Source: Planctomycetota bacterium (GTDB taxonomy: Bacteria > Planctomycetota > B15-G4). Taken from it: DNA of 64,000 bases. Made by a program: the position numbers and the translations under genes. Below, one piece after another: positions 57,471-64,000 of the stretch. The notes under the pieces are model-generated. The model made no database searches and was not told the origin of the DNA. It saw nothing but the letters and a program-made list of their open reading frames with translations. Numbering within the stretch: the first letter of the stretch is position 1; every line of letters starts with the position of its first letter. The stretch covers positions 1,408,001-1,472,000 of the forward strand of contig CBDFJQ010000002.1 in the NCBI GenBank assembly GCA_965248575.1, written 5' to 3'.

Positions 57471-58493
57471 TCAGTCCTCGAGATGGCAGGAGAAGCTGTG
57501 CCCCCGACCTGCATCTCGCAGAGGTGGCTCTTCGCTGCGGCACACGTCCATGACGGCAGGGCAGCGCGTATGGAAGGCGCAGCCAGAGGGCGGGTTCAGC
57601 GGCGAAGGCACATCACCCTGCAACACGACGCGCTCGGAGCGCCGCTTCGGATCCGCACGAGGCACCGCCGACAACAAGGCCTTGGTGTACGGGTGCGAGG
57701 GCTTGTCGAACAACTTGATCGTGGGCGCCTGTTCCACGATCTTGCCGAGATACATGACCGCCACGCGATCGGCGATGTGCCGCACGACCGACAGATCGTG
57801 GGCGATGAACAGGTAGCTCAGACCCATCTCGTCACGGAGGTCCATGAGCAGATTGATGATCTGGGCTTGGATCGAGACGTCCAGAGCGGACACCGCCTCA
57901 TCGCACACGATGAAGCGTGGCGACAGACTCAGAGCCCGGGCGATACCGATGCGCTGCCGTTGCCCACCGCTAAACTCATGCGGATACCGGTTCACGAAGC
58001 TCGGGTCGAGGCGCACTCGATCCAGGAGCTCGCCCACTTTCTGCTCGAGGGCAACGCGGCTGGTGACGAGTTTGTGCACCTTCAGACCTTCACCAACGAT
58101 GTCCGACACGGACATGCGAGGGTTCAGGGAGGCGTAGGGATCCTGGAAGATGATCTGCATGTGCCGGCGCATCTGGCGCATCTGCGACGACGAGGCGGCG
58201 CGCACATCCTGCCCCTCGAAGGTGATCTCGCCCGCCGTCGGCTCGATCAACCGCAACGCCGAGCGACCTGCTGTGGTCTTGCCACAGCCCGACTCACCCA
58301 CCAGGCCGACCGTCTCACCTTCGTCCACATGGAAGCTTATGTCGTCGACCGCCTTCACCTGCCCCACGACGCGCGCCAACAAGCCCTTGCGCACGGGGAA
58401 GTACTTCTTGAGGCCGCGCACATCCAGCAGCACGCGTGACGACGCCGAGTCGGCCGAGCCCTTCTCCGAAGCCTGAAGACCTTGTGTACTCAT
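57471..58493 (-). CDS. oppF: Oligopeptide/dipeptide ABC ATPase (OppF/DppF type)
   Basis: [27 protein letters not shown] and C-terminal [11 protein letters not shown]. Confidence 0.94.
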   Translation of the reverse strand: MSTQGLQASEKGSADSASSRVLLDVRGLKKYFPVRKGLLARVVGQVKAVDDISFHVDEGETVGLVGESGCGKTTAGRSALRLIEPTAGEITFEGQDVRAASSSQMRQMRRHMQIIFQDPYASLNPRMSVSDIVGEGLKVHKLVTSRVALEQKVGELLDRVRLDPSFVNRYPHEFSGGQRQRIGIARALSLSPRFIVCDEAVSALDVSIQAQIINLLMDLRDEMGLSYLFIAHDLSVVRHIADRVAVMYLGKIVEQAPTIKLFDKPSHPYTKALLSAVPRADPKRRSERVVLQGDVPSPLNPPSGCAFHTRCPAVMDVCRSEEPPLRDAGRGHSFSCHLED

Positions 58494-59626
58494 GAGCCCT
58501 CGCTCCTCATCTCCTCATCAGTCACCGGCGCGTGGCAAGCCAACAGGTGCCCCTGCCCCACATCCACCAGGGGAGGCTCCTCTTCAGCACAGCGCTCATG
58601 AGCCTTGAAGCACCGATCCCGAAACTTGCAGCCGCTCGGAAAGTTGAGCGGGTTGGGAACCGTGCCGGGGATCTCCCGCAGACGCTCATCGCCGTCTGCA
58701 TGCATCTCAGGCAGCGACTGAAACAGGCCGAAGGTGTACGGGTGACGTGGCCGTGCAAACAGCTTCTCCGTGGTGGAGTACTCCACCACCTTGCTGGCAT
58801 ACATGACCGCCACGTGGTCGCTCATCTCAGCCACCACACCGAGGTCGTGGGTGATGAGCAGGATCGACATGCCGAGCTCGCGCTGCATGCCGGCCAGCAG
58901 GTCGAGGATCTGGGCCTGGATGGTGACATCCAAGGCCGTGGTCGGCTCATCGGCGATCAACAGGGCGGGGTCGCAGGCCAGGGCCATGGCAATCATGACG
59001 CGTTGCTTCATGCCGCCCGACATCTGGTGAGGATACTCATCCACGCGCGACTCGGGCGAAGGGATGCCGACCTTGGTCAACATCTCGATGGACGCCGCAC
59101 GCGCCTCGGCGGGTGACATGCCGCGATGCAGTTCGAGGGCTTCGCCGATCTGGTTGCCCACCGTGAACACGGGGTTCAGCGATGTCATGGGCTCCTGGAA
59201 GATCATGGCGATGTCATTGCCACGCACCTTGCGCATCTGCGCCTCGCTGAGCTCCAGCAAGTTGCGACCGTTGAAATTGATCTGCCCTCCGGCGTAGCGC
59301 GCCGGCGGCTTGGGCAACAACTGCAGGATGCTCATGGCCGTGACGCTCTTGCCGCAACCGGACTCACCCACCACTCCCAGGGTCTCACCGCGCTGAATGA
59401 CGTAGTTCACACCGTCGACAGCCTTGACCGTGCCCTCCTCGGTGTCGAACCAGGTTCGCAGATCGCGAATCTCCAGCAGGACGTCACCCTGGTCTGCCTC
59501 GACCGAGGCGTCCGCTGCTGTCCTGTCCTGCGGCGCGCGAGAACCTGGTCCCTTTGGTGGTTCCACAGGGGCGTTGCTCATGCTGTTGCCGTCCGTGCTG
59601 TTGCCGTCCGTGCTGTGGCCGTCCAT
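58490..59626 (-). CDS. oppD: Oligopeptide/dipeptide ABC ATPase (OppD/DppD type)
   Basis: [26 protein letters not shown] and [10 protein letters not shown]. Alternative start ATG 59581. Confidence 0.94.
   Translation of the reverse strand: MDGHSTDGNSTDGNSMSNAPVEPPKGPGSRAPQDRTAADASVEADQGDVLLEIRDLRTWFDTEEGTVKAVDGVNYVIQRGETLGVVGESGCGKSVTAMSILQLLPKPPARYAGGQINFNGRNLLELSEAQMRKVRGNDIAMIFQEPMTSLNPVFTVGNQIGEALELHRGMSPAEARAASIEMLTKVGIPSPESRVDEYPHQMSGGMKQRVMIAMALACDPALLIADEPTTALDVTIQAQILDLLAGMQRELGMSILLITHDLGVVAEMSDHVAVMYASKVVEYSTTEKLFARPRHPYTFGLFQSLPEMHADGDERLREIPGTVPNPLNFPSGCKFRDRCFKAHERCAEEEPPLVDVGQGHLLACHAPVTDEEMRSEGS
59581..59625. repeat. 15-bp tandem repeat x3 at the 5' end of oppD
   Basis: tgctgttgccgtccg, tgctgttgccgtccg, tgctgtggccgtcca. 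Encodes [14 protein letters not shown]. Confidence 0.85.
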
Positions 59627-59633
59627 GGGCGCC

Positions 59634-61442
59634 TCAGACCTCCTTCAAACGCGGGTCGAGTGCGTCGCGGACACCTTCGCCCACGAGGTTGTAGAGGATG
59701 ACCGTGAGGAACACGAGCAGCCCAGGGAAGATCTGGATCCACCAGTATTCGGGGTTCTTGCTCTCCACCAACAGTGACCCCCAGCTGGGAATCGGCAACT
59801 TCACGCCGAAGCCGAGGAACGAGAGTGCGGACTCCGTCAGGATGCCGCTGGCCACGGCAAAAGTTGCGGACACCAGCACTGGCCCCATGGCGTTGGGCAG
59901 CACATGTCTGAAGATCGTTCGCAGGCTGCCCATGCCCAGGGCCTGGCTGGCCACCACGAAGTCCTGCCCGCGCAAACGAATGAACTCCGCGCGTACGAGA
60001 CGCGCGACCCCGGTCCAACGGAAGATCCCGATGGCCAGCATGATGTTCAGGATGCTCGCGCCCAGGAAACTGACCACGATCAGGATCAGGAAGAAGACCG
60101 GGAAACACTGAAACACCTCGATGATGCGGCTGATGATGATGTCGACCCACCCGCCAAAGTAGCCGGCGAGGGAACCGATCACCGTGCCGATGAACACCAG
60201 CAGGACGGTGGAGATCAGCCCCACGGCCAGACTGATGCGCGCACCCCAGACGATGCGCCCCATGAGGTCGCGGCCCAAGCTGTCCGTGCCCAGGATGTGT
60301 CGCAAGGGGGCGTTCCGATCGGACTCACCCACCCGCACTTCAACGGGGGTCGCGCCCAGCGGCGTGTCCGTCTCCACATCCAGGCGCAACGAGCGGGCAC
60401 CCACCATGTAGTAGCCCTCATCATCGATAGCGGAATTGGGGCGCCACGTGGGTGGTCGGAAGGTCTCGGTCTGGTTCTGTTCCGCCATCCCGAACTCGAT
60501 CGGCGGCAGGATCATGGTCAGCGCCTGGGCCTTCCCGTCCGTGAGCGCTTCCTTGAGACTCGTGGCCTGCATCGCCGCATCATCGGTGCCGTGCACGCTG
60601 ACCCAGGTCAGCGTTGCGATGAGCGGCAGCGCCAGCACCACCGCCAGCTTCTTGCGCCTGGCCTTGCGGATCCTGGCCCGGTCGCTGCGCAGGAGGACGT
60701 TGTTCACCACCCGGTTCCAGACGGGCAGCAGGATGACCAACGCCCAGAGCACCATGAAGAAGATGTCGTTCCAGACGATGGACTCGAGCACGGGATAGGT
60801 GGTGAACGCTTGGAGGGCGATGGTCTTGCCCTGCACCGGCTGCGCGTCGTACTTCGCTGCCTTGAGGGTCGATTTGATCTGCCCGGCCTGCTCCGTGAGC
60901 GTCGCAGCCAGGCTCTCCAGGTCTGCCGCCCCATGCTGGCTTGCCTGCCGGGTCAACTTTGCGGCCGACACCAGGGTGTCGTCCAGCAAGGCATGGTGTT
61001 CCGGAGCGAGCTGCTTGCGCATTCTCTCCAAGCGCAACGACAAGGACCCACGGTCTAGCTCGAGATAGCTGAGCATGTCCTGGGGCACGCCGCCTCGCGA
61101 AGCCAGCCAGTCCTCCTTGGCCGAACCCTCGAGGGACTCGCCACGGGCCAGCTGGCTCTCCTCCCAGTGCTCGAAACCCTCGCGCCCCGCAAGGGCCTTC
61201 CGGGAGAGGTCCCCGGCGGCCACCGTCACCAAGCGATGGGCTGAACGGTACTCGGTGTAGTTGGTGCCCTCGAAGACCAGGGGGCGATCGTTGGCCAGGA
61301 AGGGCGCGTAGATCGCCATCGCGTACAGGCAAATCAACACCGCCATGGCCAAGCGCACCGAGCGGCGCTTCTGCAGCTGCCCCAGCACGATGTCCCAGTA
61401 GTCCTTGCTGTAGGTCGGGTCCCCCTGCGCCGCCTTACTCAT
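59634..61442 (-). CDS. Peptide ABC transporter permease (OppC/DppC type) with a large insertion
   Basis: [11 protein letters not shown] at the N-terminus, then ~320 aa before LGTDSLGRD. Also [10 protein letters not shown] and [11 protein letters not shown]. Confidence 0.9.
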   Translation of the reverse strand: MSKAAQGDPTYSKDYWDIVLGQLQKRRSVRLAMAVLICLYAMAIYAPFLANDRPLVFEGTNYTEYRSAHRLVTVAAGDLSRKALAGREGFEHWEESQLARGESLEGSAKEDWLASRGGVPQDMLSYLELDRGSLSLRLERMRKQLAPEHHALLDDTLVSAAKLTRQASQHGAADLESLAATLTEQAGQIKSTLKAAKYDAQPVQGKTIALQAFTTYPVLESIVWNDIFFMVLWALVILLPVWNRVVNNVLLRSDRARIRKARRKKLAVVLALPLIATLTWVSVHGTDDAAMQATSLKEALTDGKAQALTMILPPIEFGMAEQNQTETFRPPTWRPNSAIDDEGYYMVGARSLRLDVETDTPLGATPVEVRVGESDRNAPLRHILGTDSLGRDLMGRIVWGARISLAVGLISTVLLVFIGTVIGSLAGYFGGWVDIIISRIIEVFQCFPVFFLILIVVSFLGASILNIMLAIGIFRWTGVARLVRAEFIRLRGQDFVVASQALGMGSLRTIFRHVLPNAMGPVLVSATFAVASGILTESALSFLGFGVKLPIPSWGSLLVESKNPEYWWIQIFPGLLVFLTVILYNLVGEGVRDALDPRLKEV

Positions 61443-62436
61443 ACGCAATCCTCGGGTCGACGATCGCGTAGAGGATGTCCGAGACCAGGAAGCCCAAGAG
61501 CGTCATGAAGGCCGAGAAGGTGACCGTCGCCATGATGACGTTGTAGTCCCGCACGAGGAGTCCATCGAAGGCATACAAACCCATGCCCGGGATGTTGAAG
61601 ATGGTCTCCACCAGCACCGAGCCGCCGATGAGGATCGGCAGAATCGTGGCGAAGACCGTGATGACCGGAATCATCGAGTTGCGCAGGGCGTGCTTGAGGA
61701 TGATCTTGCGGCGATCGAGGCCCTTGGCCCGTGCCGTACGGATGTAGTCCTGCTGAACGGTCTCCAACATACCCACGCGCATCTGGCGCGAGAGGTAGGC
61801 CACACCGCCGTAGGTCAGGGTGGCCACCGGAAGGATGGCGTGCCAGATGGTGTCCCAGACGTAGGCCCCGTCACCCATCTCCGCCGCGTCCTTGCCGTGC
61901 AAGCCGATCACCGGAAACCAGTCGAGCCCCGTGGCTCCGAACGCAAGGATCAACATCAGACCCGCCCAGAAGGTGGGCAGCGAATACAGCAGGAAGAGCC
62001 CCAGCGTCAGCACCTTGTCGGACAGGCTTCCACGCTTCACCGCGGAGAAGATTCCGAGCGGCAGCGCAATCAGATAGCTCAAGAGGGTGGCGATCAACGA
62101 GAGCGGGACGGTGATCTGCAGCCGCCTCCACAGTTCTGAGGACACCTGGACGTTCGGCCGGAAGAACTCCGTCCCGAAATCCAGCTGGGCAACGTTCTTC
62201 ACCCATTCCCAGTACTGGACGTAGACCGGCTCATCCAGACGAAAGCGTTCGCGGAACTTCTCGTAGGCGCTTTGCGTATCGCCACTGGACTGCTGCCCCT
62301 GCATGTCCAGGCTGCCGGCCGTAGCAATGGCAGCCGGGTCACCCGGCGCCAGCTGGATCACCAGCATGAGCAAGACGGTGATGCCAAACATCGTCGGCAC
62401 CATCCACAGAATGCGACGCAGGATATAGAGAGCCAC
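61435..62436 (-). CDS. Peptide ABC transporter permease (OppB/DppB type)
   Basis: YILRRIL, LAPGDP, DYIRTARAKGL, HALRNS and DILYAIVDPRI. Confidence 0.94.
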   Translation of the reverse strand: MALYILRRILWMVPTMFGITVLLMLVIQLAPGDPAAIATAGSLDMQGQQSSGDTQSAYEKFRERFRLDEPVYVQYWEWVKNVAQLDFGTEFFRPNVQVSSELWRRLQITVPLSLIATLLSYLIALPLGIFSAVKRGSLSDKVLTLGLFLLYSLPTFWAGLMLILAFGATGLDWFPVIGLHGKDAAEMGDGAYVWDTIWHAILPVATLTYGGVAYLSRQMRVGMLETVQQDYIRTARAKGLDRRKIILKHALRNSMIPVITVFATILPILIGGSVLVETIFNIPGMGLYAFDGLLVRDYNVIMATVTFSAFMTLLGFLVSDILYAIVDPRIAYE

Positions 62437-62497
62437 GCGAGGTTGCCCGAGGGGAGGGGGAAGCCCGGGAGAGGGAGAAGAGGCTGTCGGGCAGTGG

Positions 62498-64000
62498 CTA
62501 GTGGTCGGGGTTCAGCGGCCGCGTTCCCGGCGTTCCCGCTTCGAGGTAGAGGTCCCGCATGCGGTAGCCCGGCTCGAACTTGTGCAACTTGAAGCCATGC
62601 ACCCGCTTGTTGATGGCGATCTTGCGCGGGACGTTCCAACCGAACAGATAGGGCTGCAAGGAATAGATTCTCGCATGCAGCTCGCGCCAGATGGCGTGCC
62701 GCTTGTCGTCGTCCAGCTCCCGCCGCCCCAGCTCGATCAGGCGATCCACTTCGTCGTCGATCAGCCCGGCGTGGTTGCTGGAACGCTTCGAGAACTCCGC
62801 CTCATCGCTGTGCCAGATCTGCATCGGATCCGATTCCGGCGTGGGCAGCGTCCAGGCCATGTTCACCGCATCGAAGTCCCGATCGAGCACCTTCTCGAGC
62901 AAGGTGGCCCACTCATAGGTCTGGATGTCCACGCCCACGCCGATCTTGCGATACGCATCCTGCAGCGCCTGAAGGAACTTCTGGCTGGCCTTGTTGCCCG
63001 TGGGCATGAGCACCTGGATCACCAGGTCCTCACCGTCGAAGTCCACGATGCCGTTGCCGTCGCGGTCATACCACCCGGCCTCGCCCAGCAGGTCTTCTGC
63101 CGCCTCGACGTCGTACTCCAAGGGTTCGATCTCGTGCGGGTAGGCAGGTCCGAAGTAGAACTCCGTGCCCATGCTCCAGAGGGCGAAGCCCTGGTAGTTC
63201 GTCTCGATCCAGCCAGCCACATCAAAGGCATGGGCGAGCGCCTTGCGCACCCGCACGTCATCGAACTTCTTGCGGTGCAGGTTCCACGACGTGTAGCCGA
63301 TGTTGCCCACGTAGGAGAGCGCCTTGTAGGCCCGGTCCGTGAAGGTCTCGCTCCGCGTCGCCTCCCCCACGAAGTCCTCGGACTTCACCCGGTTGAAGAT
63401 GTCCAGCTCGTCGTTCAGCAGGGCCTGCCAGGCCGAGTCGTCGTCCTTGATGAAGCGCCAGCGGATGGAATCGAGGTAGCCCGACTCCGCAGGGCTCTTC
63501 TTCCAGTAGGTGTCCACCTTGTCGGCGTCCAGGTACTGGTTGCGCTCCCAACCGGAGACCTTGTAGGGGCCGAGACCGATCCAATCGAGGTTGTGCGGGT
63601 TGTCGTTGATGGCCACGGCGCGCTCGTCCAAGGAAGCGCTGGCGTTGTGCTCAGGATGCTCGGGGTCGAGCAGATTGTAGAGGTGGCTTGGCAGGATGCA
63701 GAAGTCCAAGCCGAAGGCACCCTTCGTCGCGAAGTACTGTTCCTCCCAGAAGAAGCGCACGACCCCGGGCTGGAGCACTTCCACACGCTTGATCTTCTCG
63801 AACTTCCAGCGCTTCTCGTCGCAATCCACATGCGGGTTGGCGAACAGTTCCCACGAGAAAACCAGGTCCTGCGCATCCAGCGGGTGCCCATCCTGCCACA
63901 GCACATCGTCGCGCAAGGTGAAGGTCCAGACGGTCCCCATCTCAAGGGCCTCGACGTCCGACTTGGGAATCGTCTTGCGCTCAAGCTTGTTGTAGCGGCT
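62498..64000 (-). CDS. Peptide ABC transporter substrate-binding protein, family 5 (5' end outside the window)
   Basis: LRDDVLWQDGHP, GLGPYK, FDDVRVRKALAHA and AGWYDRDGNG. The frame is open to position 64000. Confidence 0.92.
   Translation of the reverse strand, partial: SRYNKLERKTIPKSDVEALEMGTVWTFTLRDDVLWQDGHPLDAQDLVFSWELFANPHVDCDEKRWKFEKIKRVEVLQPGVVRFFWEEQYFATKGAFGLDFCILPSHLYNLLDPEHPEHNASASLDERAVAINDNPHNLDWIGLGPYKVSGWERNQYLDADKVDTYWKKSPAESGYLDSIRWRFIKDDDSAWQALLNDELDIFNRVKSEDFVGEATRSETFTDRAYKALSYVGNIGYTSWNLHRKKFDDVRVRKALAHAFDVAGWIETNYQGFALWSMGTEFYFGPAYPHEIEPLEYDVEAAEDLLGEAGWYDRDGNGIVDFDGEDLVIQVLMPTGNKASQKFLQALQDAYRKIGVGVDIQTYEWATLLEKVLDRDFDAVNMAWTLPTPESDPMQIWHSDEAEFSKRSSNHAGLIDDEVDRLIELGRRELDDDKRHAIWRELHARIYSLQPYLFGWNVPRKIAINKRVHGFKLHKFEPGYRMRDLYLEAGTPGTRPLNPDH

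Noticed and set aside
62446..62493. Stem (tgcccga/tcgggca) around a purine-rich tract between the SBP and permease genes
   Set aside because: Short stem with a long loop. At most an ordinary intercistronic mRNA-stability element.
223..63995. Many long overlapping or antisense ORFs (e.g. 24446-26869 +, 40519-42375 -, 10901-12436 +, 6519-7985 +)
   Set aside because: They shadow genes with clear family motifs, have Arg/Ala/Gly/Pro-rich or antisense-typical composition, and are expected from stop-codon scarcity in high-GC DNA.
1..64000. CRISPR arrays, IS elements, prophage, rRNA, defence systems
   Set aside because: No regularly spaced repeats and no transposase, integrase, phage, nuclease or rRNA signatures recognised.

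Overview
GC-rich bacterial chromosomal segment, densely coding, with no transposase, integrase, phage gene, rRNA or CRISPR array that I can see. The gene content (giant TPR proteins, paired secretins, paired ExbD, secreted enzymes with a shared C-terminal domain) suggests a Planctomycetota-like organism; this is inference only. In order, the window holds: (1) a membrane protein with a degenerate sulfatase domain, converging on a glycan-modification operon, with a perfect 30-bp inverted repeat between them; (2) an HU gene and tRNA-Leu(UAA); (3) a fatty-acid/glyoxylate module (acyl-CoA ligase, RamB/ScfR-family regulator, aceB, aceA); (4) pqiA, pqiB and fpr; (5) a B12/iron-chelate-type ABC operon ending in a phosphatase-kinase fusion; (6) secreted enzymes and a porin; (7) housekeeping genes and tRNA-Cys; (8) a ~15-kb envelope-machine cluster at 37.5-52.4 kb; (9) two convergent Opp/Dpp-type ABC operons. 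The cluster in (8) is the best candidate for an undescribed system. It combines PilM/N-, PilO- and FN3-type inner-membrane proteins, two paralogous secretins, two TPR proteins and an ExbB-ExbD-ExbD proton-channel motor. It has no ATPase, pilin, PilC/GspF or TonB, so it may be a proton-motive-force-energised secretin system.
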